Positions 11,301 through 23,522 of a stretch of 64,000 nt of DNA are shown one piece after another. Positions within the stretch are counted from its first letter, which is position 1, and the number at the start of each line of letters is the position of its first letter. Below the pieces are notes generated by a model, which saw only the letters and a list, made by a program, of their open reading frames with translations, had not been told where the DNA came from and searched no databases. A program made the position numbers and the translations under genes. The DNA comes from Blastocladiella emersonii ATCC 22665 (Eukaryota > Fungi > Blastocladiomycota), in NCBI GenBank assembly GCA_025594325.1, contig JANHCV010000002.1, forward strand, positions 2,294,001-2,358,000, written 5' to 3'.

Positions 11301-12044
11301 AGCAGCGCGAGCGCGAGCCGTGCGGTATCGGCGACGTCAAGGCTGGCGAACAGCGGGGTCGCGACAGGGTCGACGGCGGGCGAGAAGAGCCCCGCAGCAA
11401 GGGCGAGGAGGGACAGGAACACCGTGGTATTGTCGGGCCCCGACTCTTGCGCAAGCGTGACCCGCACGCGCGCGAGGACCTGGCCGGGGAGGTCGTGCAG
11501 TGCGGCGGCTGCGGCGACGGGGCACGGCGAGTGGCCGGCTGCCGCCGCGAGGATCCCGGCAAGGACGACGAGGGCGCGCGGGTCCTGCGTGTCGAGCAGG
11601 CACGAGACGCACTCGCACAGCACGTTGAGAGCGGCCGCGTCCTGCACGAGCAGCGCGAGGGTCGCGTCTACACAGCGTGCGGCGGTTGGTTGGTCCGGGT
11701 CTCCGCGCAAAGAACCCGCGAGAGAGCGTACCATCGCGGACGAGGTGCTGGAGGTACAGTGCCGGCTTGACGTCGGGCGCCGAGGTGGCAATGGCCTTGA
11801 GGACCTGGCGCAGGTAGACGGAGGGGACGGGGGCCTCGGGCGCCTGGGCAATCAGGGCGTCGAGGTCGTGGCGGGAAATGAGGGCGGCGACGTCGGCGCT
11901 GCTCCGGCGCGACGAGGAGGACGAGCCCTTGAAGCTCATGGTCGACAGCTTGCGGAGCATGCCCTTGACGTTGACGGGCTTGGCGCCGTTGGCCACTGCG
12001 CGCTGGCGCAGCGCGATGAGCGCCACGACGCTGGCGGTTATCAT
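8396..12044 (-). CDS. Large multi-exon protein: long helical (ARM/HEAT-like) region plus SPRY/B30.2-like domain; 5' end uncertain
   Basis: Successive minus-strand ORFs (11337-12044, 10607-11851, 9961-11562, 9572-10027, 8396-9472) separated by short intron-like gaps. SPRY-like motifs GRYAFTVHL...VCVGWA and TVAVFIDPDAGEVGFH. Exon junctions were not all resolved. Confidence 0.55.
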
Positions 12045-12449
12045 GGTCTGCTACGTGTTACTTTGGCAGAAAGGAGAGGGGAGAGGAGAGGTGGGGGCAG
12101 CCTGAGGCGGAGAAGCCGAGCTGGCGTGCCGTGCCTTGCCGACTTCAGCCGCCGCCGCGGGGCCTCCGGCTATGGAGCGCTTCGCCGCACCACCCGCCTA
12201 CTCGCCTTCGCCGTGGCCAGCGTGGGCCGCGCTCCCTCTCGCGCGACACGTTTGTGATGCCGGCCACCGACTGCACCGAGTCTGCCGGCGACCACGCGGG
12301 CAGGGATCTCTCCCCGCGTCGCCCGAACGAGGGCCGCGCCACATGCGCCACAGCGGTCTTATTCCGGGCGCTGTGCTCGCGCTACGCTCTCCCGAGGGCG
12401 CACAAGCGGGCAGGGATGGAGAAGGTATACATTTGCTTTGGACGATAAT

Positions 12450-13350
12450 CTAGTCCGAGTCGGATCCGGCGTCGCTGTCGCTCGCGGGCGCCGCGGGCGG
12501 CGGGTTGGACGACGGCTCGAGCGGGCCGAGCAGGCACGCGTCGAGCGTGTACTCGATGTTGACCCATGAGTGGATCGCCACTACACGCTGGACGGGTTAG
12601 CCATGCGCCCGTCTACCGGTTCAATGCAACGTACTGAACATCTTGGTCGAGTCGCGCCCGGCGCCGCGCATGATCTGCTTGATCCCGCCCGGGTGGAACT
12701 TGAGGTAGGCCGTCATGTTGTACACATTGCCGTGCAGGACCGTCCACGCGTCGTCGACCGTCTTGTGCTTGGCCACCTCCTCCATGGTCAAGCGGATGCG
12801 CGCGGCGCCCGTCTGCCGCAGGTCCTCGCCCGACGACTTGAGCCGCGCCCAGTCGAGCGGCGAGTGGCCCGGCTCCAGCGCCACCTTCTTGCGCGCGCTC
12901 GTCGACGTCGTCGACGACACCCGCTGCGCCGAGCTGACCGACGGGAACATGGGCGACAGGAGCGCCCGGTCTACAGTCACCGGGAGGGGTTCAGCACGCG
13001 CTTTCTCCGACCACCGTGCAGCTCTACGTACTCTGGTTGCGCGGCGGCAACGCAGCGCTATGTGCCGCCGCCCGCGCTGGCGGGAGCGGTGCACTGAACC
13101 CAGACCCGCCCGCGCCGCCCGCCGTCCGTGTGTTGGCGGACGCCACGCGGGTCGGCGACGCGGGCGGGCCGGTGGGCAGAACCACCTTGACGGACGGCCC
13201 GTTGCTAGCGGTAGCGGCCGGTGCGTTCGTCTTTGCCGCAGCGAGAGCAGCTGACGTCTTGGCGCCGTCGTTCTCGGTGCACACGGCGGGCGGCGGCGTC
13301 GGCGCCGTGAACACGGACGACGCCTTGGAGTAGAAGTTGGAGAAGCTCAT
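12450..13350 (-). CDS. Cytochrome b5-like heme-binding domain protein (IRC21-like)
   Basis: RKKVALEPGHSPLDWARL, EEVAKHKTVDDAWTVLHGNVYNMTAYLKFHPGG (HPGG heme motif), GRDSTKMF, and a last exon SWVNIEYTLDACLLG. Spliced gene. Confidence 0.85.
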
Positions 13351-13933
13351 AGATAGTTCAGCGAGTTGCGCTAGGTGTGATTCATGGGTTGCTGTTGCAG
13401 GGTGAGGGTGGAGAGGCGGACTGGTTCGTCAGCGTCAGCAATCGGCGCCGACTTCGAGTCGGTCGGCTGCGCCACCTCGCCCCGATCCGTAACGCTCTCA
13501 CGTGGGCCTGACCCGCACGTGCGCGCCGCCGCGACGCGTCTCGCACCTGCCACCGCGCGTCTCCCGCCGCGGTCGAGTCCCTCCGCCCTGATGTTGGCGC
13601 TGTGATTCAGCCCCGGCCGGGCCCTGCACTTGACGAAACGAGCCCGTCTCCTCTCGCCCCTTGACGTGAACAGCCGCTCGGGACACGCGCGATTCCTGAT
13701 CTCGCCCTGCTCTCCTCTCCTTCCCGCACACGTGCGTCCTCGACGACGCGTACACATCCTCCTCCCCCGTTCATTCAGCAGCGATACACCCTCCGACTTG
13801 TCGCATGGCCCCGCAACCTCGCTGCTTTGCATGGAGCTGACTCTTTGATCGAGTGCCGAACCGTCGGCGAACCCCCCCTCCACCGCCACCGCCACCGCCC
13901 CCTCCCGCACCACCCTCTCCTGCCGCCGCCGAC

Positions 13934-16619
13934 ATGCCGCTCATCGGCCCGCCGCAGTCGGGGCCCACGTCCCCGATGCCCAACATCCTCGACCCGGGCC
14001 GCGCGCGCACGCTCGACCACCTCAACGCCAAGTACGACGTCGGCGATGTCATTGGAACGTACGTCCTCCCACCGCAGTTGCTTCGAGTGACACCACGCAC
14101 TCACATTGCTTGAGACGTGTAGCGGCGCCTTCTCCGAGGTGCGCAAGGCCACAGAGCGCGCGACGGGCGTGCAGTTTGCCGTCAAGGTCATCGACAAGGC
14201 CAAGTGCAAGGGCAAGGAGAGCATGATCCAGTCCGAGGTGGCCATCCTGTCGCGCGTCAAGCACCGCAACGTCATCCGCCTGTTTGAGATGTACGAGTCG
14301 CCGACCAAGATCTACCTCATCATGGAAATGTACGCCACGCCCACCCTCGCTCTCTCGCGAGAACGCACCACCCACTCACCCCCTGCCGTACCTGCACGTA
14401 GTGTCACGGGCGGCGAGCTGTTCGACCGGATCGTGGCGCGCGGCTTCTACACGGAGGCGGACGCGGCCAAGCTCGTGTGCGAGATCCTGCTGGGCGTGCG
14501 GTACCTGCACAGCCTCAACATCTGCCACCGCGACCTCAAGCCCGAGAACCTGCTCTTCTACGACGCGTCGCCCACGTCGCGCATCATGATCAGCGATTTC
14601 GGCCTGTCCAAGATCTTCTCGGACGAGCAGGTGATGCGCACCGCGTGCGGGACCCCCGGGTACGTGGCGCCCGAGGTGCTGCGCCGCGAGATCTACACCA
14701 AGCAGGTCGACATGTGGTCGATTGGCGTCATCACGTACATTCTGCTGTGCGGGTACCCGCCCTTCTACGAGGAGAACAACCACGCGCTGTTCCAGCAGAT
14801 CATGCGCGGCGAGTACGAGTTCGACTCGCCGTACTGGGACAACATCTCGTTCGAGGCCAAGAATTTCGTCGCGCGCCTGCTCGTCGTCGACCCCAAGATG
14901 CGCATGACCGCCGAGGAGGCCCTGAACCACACGTTCCTCGTCAACAACTGCGCCGAGGCCCTCGCCCTCGCCCGCGGCATGTCGCACCTGCACCTCAACG
15001 AGTCCGGCTCGCTGTCCCTGTCGCGCCGCCACGCCGAGCAGAGCAACCTCGCCCCCGCCATCCACGATAACCTGCGCAACTACACCCAGCGCCGCTCGTC
15101 CGACAAGCTCACGGCCAAGTACGCGGCCGCCGAGGCCGTGGCCGCCGTCGCGGCCGCCAACGCCGCGGCTGCTGCGGCGGCCGCCGCGACGCGGTCGAAC
15201 CCGGCGCTCGCCGCTTCCGGCAGCAGCGGCACCTCGTCGCTGTCGTCGACCAGCTACACGGAGCCCGGCATGACGCCGCTGCGGCCCAAGACCGAGCACC
15301 GCGACGTGGACGACTCGGGGCTCGTGGCGTCGAACCCGGACGTGCGCCGCGGCAGCGTGCCCGCGACGGCGGTCGCGTCGATCCTGGCCGCCACGGCGCC
15401 GCCGCGGTCGCCCGCGGCCATGGACGTCGACGACGACGACGAGTGCAGCGAGAGCGAGCAGTACTACTCGACGATGCTCCCGCCGGGCACCGTGCCGGGT
15501 CTCCCCGCGCCGGTCCCGAGCTCGCCGACGCGCACGCAGACGCAGACGCGGACCGTCAAGTTCCTCAGCTACTCGATCTTCATGCGCGTTCCGGGGGTCA
15601 AGAACCTGAACCACTCGGACCACAAGAACGCGCGGCTGCACCACTTCATCGAGCACGTCTTGCCCGAGTACGACGTGGTGTGCCTGCAGGAGATGTACGC
15701 GTACGGCAGCTCGCGCGTGACGCGGCTGCTGCAGCTGGCCAAGCAGCAGGGGTTCCACTGGGCCGTGACGTCTCCCTCGAAAGGCCTGCTGAACGGGTGC
15801 ACGGACGGCGGGCTCGTGGTCCTGTCGCGGTACGAGATCGTGCGCCAGTCGCGCATCGCCTACAAGCGCAGTGCCTACAACTGCCGATTCGTCTCCAAGG
15901 GCGCCCTGTACGTCAAGGTCAAGCTCGCCGACGGACAGCACGTCCACCTGTTCAACACCAACCTGCAGAAGTCGGCCGGCCACGACCTCACCATGCACTC
16001 GCCCGAGGTGCTCGTCCGCCAGACCCAGCTCGCGCAGCTCCGCGCCTTCGTCGCCCAGATGACCGCCGACCGGCTCCGCGGCGAGCCCGTGCTCGTCGTC
16101 GGCGACTTTAACCTCAACGGCCGCGCGCGCGTCTCGCCTTCCACCGGCGGCTCGCCCACGCGGCCCGCGTCGCCCGCGGCCGGCATGAACACGACTGAGG
16201 AGTACCGCCAAATGATGCACCTTCTGCGCGGCGACTTTGGGGCGGTGACGCACGCGCGGGTCATCGACGAGTTCCTGGGGTCGGACCGCGACCGCGTCCC
16301 GCTCAAGCTCATGGACCTGCTGTACGTGGCGTACGGCGGCGCGCACCCGGTCACGTACGGCGACGTGGTGGTCGACGCCCACGGCAAGCCCCTGGCGCCC
16401 GCCGAGACGGTGCTCACGGACCGCGCCGACCAGGGCGCGTGCCACTGCGTCGACTACGCGCTGTGGTCGCCGCCCGAGGATGGTGGCGTGGGGGTGGATC
16501 TCGCCCCGCACGGCGCGGTCGGGGTGCCCAAGTTTGTGGTCGAGGGAGGGGGCGAGACCGAGTTCACGCACCTCTCGGACCATTACGGCGTCGAGGTCGT
16601 GTTGCGATCCAAGTGCTGA
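13934..16619 (+). CDS. CaMK1-like Ser/Thr kinase fused to a C-terminal EEP (neutral sphingomyelinase/ISC1-like) domain
   Basis: Introns 14059-14122 and 14330-14401. Intact kinase motifs: GxGAFSEV, AVKVI, HRDLKPEN, DFG, ACGTPGYVAPE, DMWSIGV. After a low-complexity linker, in the same frame: KFLSYSIF, VVCLQE, DGGLVVLSRY, SKGALYV, VGDFN, VDY, LSDHYGV. Confidence 0.85.
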
Positions 16620-16762
16620 TGGCAGGCGGTTGTGTACGATGATTGAGGATGGTGGTAGACGGGGACTATTATACAAACACTTGCGAAACCGACCGACCGC
16701 GACGTGCTAGTGAAAACGAAGCTATGTATATGTATCTCTTTCGCGCTCCCCGCGCACCATCA

Positions 16763-18442
16763 TCAGTAGGACGGGTAGTGCTTGAGCTTGTACAGGAGCA
16801 CGCGGCCCTTGTCGTTGCCGATAGCGACGAGGCCCGAGTGTGGCGAGAAATCGACGCACTGCACGTACGACAGCGGTGTCCGCTGGGTTGGCCAGTTGCC
16901 AAACACCTGGCATGTTGGCAGGTGCACGAGCTTGAGCTGGTCCTTTTTCGCGCGCGAGATGATGCCGAGCACCTGCGCGTCGTGGTTGAACCGCAGGTTG
17001 TGGATCGGCGTCGTCAGGTTGTCGACGGCCTTGGCCAGCGTCATGGACGCGAGCGGTGATGCAGTCGACTCGGATGCAGCGGAGAACGTCGCGGCGGCGG
17101 GGCCGTTGAGCTCGCGGAACCGGGTGTCGAGTTCGCTGGCGTTGGTCGAGTACACGTTGACGATGCCCGACGGCGAGCCCGTCGCGAGGTAGTTGGCGTC
17201 GCGCGACACGGCAATGGCCGTGTTCTTGAACCCGCCGACGTCGCCCCACTTGGCGATGCACCGGCGCGCCGCCACGTCCCACACGTACACGACGCCGTCG
17301 CCGCCAATCGACGATAGCGTGTTGTCGTCGGCCCACGCCACGGACCGCAGGCTGCCGTTCATCTTGAGGTTGCACACCCACTTCTTGGTCTTGCCGTCGA
17401 GCAGGATGATGTTGCCCGACCCGCCGACGAAGGCGAGGTACTTGCCCGACGGCGACTGGTGCATGTTCTCGAGCGACGGCAGCACCGCGTCGCCAATGTG
17501 CGTGATGGGCGGCAGCTTGGTGATGGCGCCCGTCTCGAGGTGGTACTCGTAGGCCCAGTTGCGGCGGCCCGTGGCGAACACGTGGGTGCCCTCGGGGTGC
17601 ATGGCGAGGGCGTGCACGGGCAGGTCCTTGAAGAAGACGCGGCCGAGGACCGGGTTCTCGCGGCCGTCGATCTGCGACAGCCGCACGGTGCGGTCGAGGC
17701 CCGCCGTCACCAGCACGTTGGCCGTCGGGTGGAACGCAATGGCCGAGGTAATGGACGAGTGCACGTACTGCAGGTTCGGGATGCGCGCCACGGCGAGCGA
17801 CTCCTTGGGCAGCACGGTGCGCGACCGCTCGATCAGCGAGGCCGTGGACGCGAGCACGCCGCCCGTGAAATCGTCGTCATCGGCGCCGACGTCGAACAGG
17901 TCCGCGTCGTCCTCGTCCTCGGAGTCGGACAGGCTCGCGCCGTCGCCGAACACGTCGAGCTCGTCCTGGTCGAGCCCCTCGCCGCGCGTCGCGCCAAACA
18001 CGGCGGCCTCGTGGTCCTTCTTGCCCGATTTCTGGGCGGTGCGCAGGGCCTCGGCGAGCTTGCGCTTCTTGGCCTTGGCCAGCTTCTCCTCCTTGAGCGC
18101 CTGCTTGACGGACGGCGCCTGCGCCCACGCGGGGGTCCCGTTGGCGGCAAACTTGGCCGTCAGCCGCGCCGTCAGCTCCGAGCCCGTCACGACATTGTCC
18201 TCGACCGTCGCGCGCAGCTTGCGCAGGCGGTTCGCCGACGTCAGGTCGACCTCGATCTCGTCGTCATCGTCGTCGTGCCACTTGCCCTTCTTCGCGGGAG
18301 GGGCCGCGGACGCGTCGTCCTCGGCCTCGGCATCGGACTCGGGCCGCACGCCCTCCGTGTCCTGGAAAAAGAGCGCGTCGTCGTCTGAGTCGGCGGCGAG
18401 CGCGGCCGCGGCGGTCGCGGGGTTCGCGAGTTTGCCCTTCAT
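16763..18442 (-). CDS. UTP18: U3 snoRNA-associated protein 18 (WD40, SSU processome)
   Basis: Acidic N-terminus with W.DDDD.EI.VDL...RLRKLR. WD40 repeats. Diagnostic C-terminus HDAQVLGIISRAKKDQLKLVHLP...VFGNWPTQRTPL...FSPHSGLVAIGNDKGRVLLYKL. Confidence 0.92.
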   Translation of the reverse strand: MKGKLANPATAAAALAADSDDDALFFQDTEGVRPESDAEAEDDASAAPPAKKGKWHDDDDDEIEVDLTSANRLRKLRATVEDNVVTGSELTARLTAKFAANGTPAWAQAPSVKQALKEEKLAKAKKRKLAEALRTAQKSGKKDHEAAVFGATRGEGLDQDELDVFGDGASLSDSEDEDDADLFDVGADDDDFTGGVLASTASLIERSRTVLPKESLAVARIPNLQYVHSSITSAIAFHPTANVLVTAGLDRTVRLSQIDGRENPVLGRVFFKDLPVHALAMHPEGTHVFATGRRNWAYEYHLETGAITKLPPITHIGDAVLPSLENMHQSPSGKYLAFVGGSGNIILLDGKTKKWVCNLKMNGSLRSVAWADDNTLSSIGGDGVVYVWDVAARRCIAKWGDVGGFKNTAIAVSRDANYLATGSPSGIVNVYSTNASELDTRFRELNGPAAATFSAASESTASPLASMTLAKAVDNLTTPIHNLRFNHDAQVLGIISRAKKDQLKLVHLPTCQVFGNWPTQRTPLSYVQCVDFSPHSGLVAIGNDKGRVLLYKLKHYPSY

Positions 18443-18860
18443 GGTGTTACGTGTGCGTTTGGCGTTTTCCTGGCCACCGTCACGGCCATCGCGTGTGTTC
18501 GCGGCGGCGTCCGGCGGCGCGAGTGGCCGAGTCGAGGTGCGCGGTGGTCGGGTGATGCGGCGTGACCCGCTGCTAGGCAGATTGCACGTGGCCTCCTCCC
18601 TTCGCGCGGACAGGCGTGCCACGCCGAGCGGGCCGGCGAGGGCGAGTGCGAGGCATTCCGGCTTGGCGGCCTCGGGTCAGCCGTTTCGTCGCTGGGAGAG
18701 GGAGAACTGATGCAGCAGACGGCGACGGAGACGACGACGACGACGCAGCTCACGGATTCACTCGCGACTCGGCGCATTTGCCCCGCGCTACCATCCACCG
18801 GCCCACCGCGGCCCTGCACCTGATTTCGTTTGATTCGAACCAACCCGACAAGAAACCATC

Positions 18861-21800
18861 ATGGGGTGCGTTCCGGTACACTGCGCGAGTGCGACTCCCA
18901 GCGACTCACCGCCATCATCTTCCCCCACAGAGTCCCGGCCCTGTTCCGCTGGCTGTCCGGCAAGTACCCGCGCATCACGTCGGCGGTGCTCGAGGAGAAG
19001 GAGGTGGTCGTCAACGGGCACGCGATCCCCGTCGACTGGTCCAAGCCGAACCCGAACGGGCTCGAGTTCGACAACCTGTACCTCGACATGAACGGCATCA
19101 TCCACCCGTGCTGCCACCCCTCGGACAAGGACGCGCCCGCGACCGAGGACGACATGATGATCGCCATCTTCGAGTACATTGACCGCATCATGGCCATGGT
19201 GCGCCCGCGCAAGGTCGTCTACATGGCCGTCGACGGCGTCGCCCCGCGCGCCAAGATGAACCAGCAGCGCTCGCGCCGGTTCCGCGCCGCGCAGGAGGCC
19301 GCCGAGGCCGCTGCCGCCGAGGAGGAGATCCGTGCCGACGTGCTCGCCCACAACCCGCTCGCCGGCGCCGAGGGCGCTGACGAGGAGGAGGGCGAGCCCA
19401 AGGAGCCCTTCGACTCCAACTGCATCACGCCCGGCACCCCGTTCATGGCCAACCTCGTCGTCGCCCTGCGCTACTACGTGGTGCACCGCCTCAACACCAA
19501 CCCGGGGTGGCGCAACCTCAAGGTGCTCCTGTCGGACGCGTCGGTCCCCGGCGAGGGCGAGCACAAGGTCATGGACTACGTGCGCCGCCAGCGGCTCGAG
19601 CCCGGCTACGACCCCAACACGCGCCACGTGCTGTACGGGCTCGACGCCGACCTCATCATGCTCGGCATCGCCACGCACGAGCCCAACTTCCACATTCTGC
19701 GCGAGGACCTGTTCAAGCAGGAGGAGAAGAAGCGCCAGAACGGCGGCAACAACTGCCACAAGTGCGGGCAGCCCGGCCACCGCCGCAACGAGTGCACGTA
19801 CGAGGCCAAGAAGCCCGAGATCACCGACAACTCGGAAAAGGGGTTCGGGTCCGACCACGAGCGCGACCCGTACCTGTTCCTGCACGTCGGCATCCTGCGC
19901 GAGTACCTCGAGGCCGAGCTCAACTTCAACGAGCGCGACGTCGGGTTCCGCTTCGACCTCGAGCGCGCGCTCGACGACTGGGTGTTCCTGTGCTTCTTTG
20001 TCGGCAACGATTTCCTGCCGCACATGCCCGCGCTCGAGATCCGCGAGGGCGCCATCGACCTGCTCATCGACATCTACCGGTCCAACCTGCACGCGCTCGG
20101 CGGCTACATCACCAACGACGGCACCGTCAACCTCGACCGCGCCCAGATCATCTTCAACGAGCTCGCCACGTGCGAGGCCGACATCTTCCGCCTGCGCCAG
20201 CAGCGCGAGAACCGGTACCTCGCCAAGACGCGCCGCCGCCAGAAGCTCGAGTCGCTCAAGAAGGCCGGGTTCACCGGCCAGCAGATCAACGAGCTCATGT
20301 CCGCGTTCGAGCTCGAGGAGCAGGAGCGGTTCCTGCGCATCGAGGAGGAGGAGTTCGGCATCGAGGAGCGCGAAAAGTCGATTGCCGCCGCCAAGCGCGC
20401 CGCCACGGGCAAGAGGTCCACCACCAACAACAACAACCCCGAGCCCAAGATCGAGAAGCTCGACGACCTCAGCTCCAGCAACGTCCTCCGCCACCGCAAC
20501 GCCAACTTTGCCGAGGGCGCCCTCGCCCAGCCCCTCCTCCGCCGCGAGGAGCGCGAGGCCAAGGAGCGCGAGGAGAAGGCCGCCAAGAAGGCCGCCGCTG
20601 CCCAGGCCAAGGCTGCTGCTGCCGCTGCTGCGGCTGCCGCTGCGGCTCCTGCCTCGGCCGAGGGCGAGATCGCCATGGACGTGGATGATGACGTCGACGA
20701 GACCGCGGCCGAGCCGCTCCCCGCCGCCGGCACCAAGCGCACGGCCACCGAGGCCGAGGCCGACGGCGGCGACGACGCCATGGACGCGGACGCGCCCGCG
20801 GCCAAGAAGCTCGAGGTCGACAACACGCCGTCGTCCGAGGACGTCGAGGACGCGCCCGCGACCGTCGACGCGGCGGTCCCGCCGCCGGCCACCGGCGAGG
20901 TCAAGCTCGAGGAGGCGCCCGTCGACACGGTCAAGCTGTACAAGGAGGGCTGGCTCGACCGGTACTACGCGCAAAAGTTCGACAACACGACCATCGAGTT
21001 CCGCACGCAGGTGGCGCACGACTACATGGAGGGTCTGTGCTGGGTGCTGCACTACTACTTCAAGGGGTGCCCGTCGTGGAAGTGGTTCTACCCGTACCAC
21101 TACGCGCCGTTTGCGCGCGACTTCACGGACCTGGCCAAGCTCGACATCAAGTTCGAGCTCGGCGAGCCGTTCAAGCCCGTCGAGCAGCTCATGGGCGTGT
21201 TCCCCGCGGCCAGTCGGCAGCACATCCCCGACGTGTTCCACGACCTCATGACCGAGGAGGACTCGGAGATCATCGACTTCTACCCGACCACCTTTGAGAT
21301 CGACATGAACGGCAAGAAGGCGTCGTGGATGGGCGTCGCCCTGCTGCCCTTCATCGACGAGAAGCGCCTGCTCAACGCCATCGTCCCGCGGTACGCGCAC
21401 ATGACCGAGGAGGACCAGTGGCTCAACCAGCGCGGCCAGGAGGTGATCATGGTCTCGCAGCACCACCCGCTGTTCCCGTCGCTGTGCTCCGTGTACACGC
21501 CGCCCGAGGTTTCGGACGCGCGCGAGCTCCCGCTCGACATGCAGATCGGCCAGATCGGCGGCACCGTGCGTCGCGACCCGCGCGCGTGCGTCCCCGGCGC
21601 CACGCTCGAGTCGCCGTTCCCGCGCCACGCCGACTCCCAGCGGCCCGTCAAGAACAACAAGTCGCTCAGCGCCGTGTACGCGCACCCGCAGCACGACATG
21701 GCCATGTTCAAATCGGTCATCCTCCCCGGCGCGCGCATGCCGCCCCGCGTCCTCAACTGGGGCGACGTCACCTTCGCCTTCAACCGCCACCGCCGCAACA

Positions 21801-22675
21801 ACGCGCACATCCTCGCCCACAAGTTCGGCGAGAACCTCAACCTCGTCCGCCCGACGACGTTCGCCGGGGACTCGCGCGGCGGGTACGGCGGCGACCGCGG
21901 TGGGTACGGCGACAACGGCGGTGGTCGTGGTGGCTACGGCGGTGATCGCGGCGGCCGAGGTGGCTACGGCGGTGACCGTGGTGGCCGTGGTGGTCGCGGC
22001 GGCGGTCGTGGCGGCTACGACAACCGCGGTGGCTATGGCGACAACGGTGGTGGTCGCGGTGGCTACGATGACCGCGGCGGGCGCGGCGGTGGCGACCGGT
22101 ACGACCCGCGCAACGGTGGCGGCGACCGGTACGACTCGCGCGGCGGCGATCGCCGCGACGGCGGCGGCAGCAGCTACCGCGGCGGGTACCACCAGCAGCA
22201 GAACAACGGCGGCGGGTACGGCAACCAGCGCAACGACCGCGGCCACGCGCCGCCGCCCCCGCCCCCGCGCGATGGCGGCTACCAGACGCGGTCGCGCGGT
22301 CCAGCCCCAGCCCTGCCGCCCATGCCCTCGATACCGCAGCTCAACGTTGGCGGTAGCAGCGGCAGCGGCCACGGGGCGCAGCACGACCAGATGATGCAGC
22401 TCCAGCTCCAGATGCAGATGCAGGCGGCCGCGCAGGCCCAGGTCGCGCAGATGCAGGCGCAGCAGCAGCGCACGTCGTACGCCAACACGCGCGGCACGCC
22501 CATCTCGGTGCCCACCATCGCGACCGCGGGCCCGCGCCCCGGCGCCGGCCTCCCCTCGCGCCCCGGCCAGCCCCCGCAGCAGCAGCACCAGCAGGCGGGC
22601 AACATGGCGTGGAACCGCAACCTGCGCCGCGGCGCGCCTGGTGGCGGTAGTAGTAGTGGGTCGTCGCGTCGCTGA
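18861..22675 (+). CDS. XRN2: 5'-3' exoribonuclease 2 (Xrn2/Rat1/Dhp1)
   Basis: MG|VPALFRWLS after intron 18866-18930. FDNLYLDMNGIIHPC, DGVAPRAKMNQQRSRRF, PGEGEHK, GLDADLIML, CCHC knuckle (CHKCGQPGHRRNEC), GNDFLPH, SWKWFYPYHYAP. RGG- and Q-rich tail. Confidence 0.95.
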
Positions 22676-23522
22676 GCGCAGTGACCGAGGTTGAGCTCGT
22701 GTTTTGGAATCTAGCAAGTTATGATATAGTACATCCATTGTATTTTGCTAGCAACCGTCCCACACGATGTCTCCACGGACATGAGCTGGTTGCCGGCGCC
22801 CTCGAGGACCTGGAACGCGGCATCGCGTCCTGTCGAGTCACCGCGGGGGACTCGAGGTTCATGGCCGCGCGAGGCGGCACGGGCGTTCTCTCCACCAACC
22901 CCCATGAAGCTGATGAACGCACACGAGAGAGCGCGACGCAGAACTTGATGAAACGAGCATAATCGTCAGCCGCGATGATCATGCAGCGCGGCGGGGGTTG
23001 TTCCGCGAGTCGCGTGAGTTTGACGTTGGGGACCCAGAGCGCCGCCGCCGACCGTGGTCTCTGTCCCGCGCTCGGCTAAGCCCATACAACTCGAGCCTGT
23101 ACGAGGTCAGAAAGCTCCCGAAGTTTGTGATGGAGCACTGAACGCGCCCAACGACACGCAAACGCATGTAGAGTCAGCTCTGGCATCGCCATGGGCTTCA
23201 GTGTACGCGCACGCCTCACGCTCTCATGGTCAAATCATGTACTGCCTAACACACCGTGATGCTGCTCGGCTGTTAGGCTGATCGCGTTGAACGTCGGACT
23301 CCCTGAATGTGGCTCGCCCTGCTCAAAACCTTGGACTGACTCCTGGATCGATTCCACGGTGCGTGACAGCCTCCACTCCCTCGGCTCGTTTTTACGCCTC
23401 GAACTAACCTGACCCTGGTTGACAACAATTGTCGGCCCAGTGGTAGCGCTTACTCCGAGGCTCTCACTTGCCCTGCTGCAGATGACGTTTGAGCGTCAGT
23501 CGCACGCGCGCTACCGTGCGTT

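Noticed and set aside
14330-14401. Several stop-free introns with lengths divisible by 3 (also 6598-6666, 31689-31754, 42249-42314), suggesting programmed intron retention
   Set aside because: Expected by chance in short, GC-rich introns, and retention would insert sequence into conserved domain cores. There is no evidence without RNA data.
18788-22738. 1316-aa antisense ORF opposite XRN2 (similar cases at 1322-3211, 14376-16676, 59822-61588, 8915-11770)
   Set aside because: These are shadow ORFs: strong GC3 bias on the coding strand removes stops from antisense frames. The translations are R/V/G/L-rich with no motifs.
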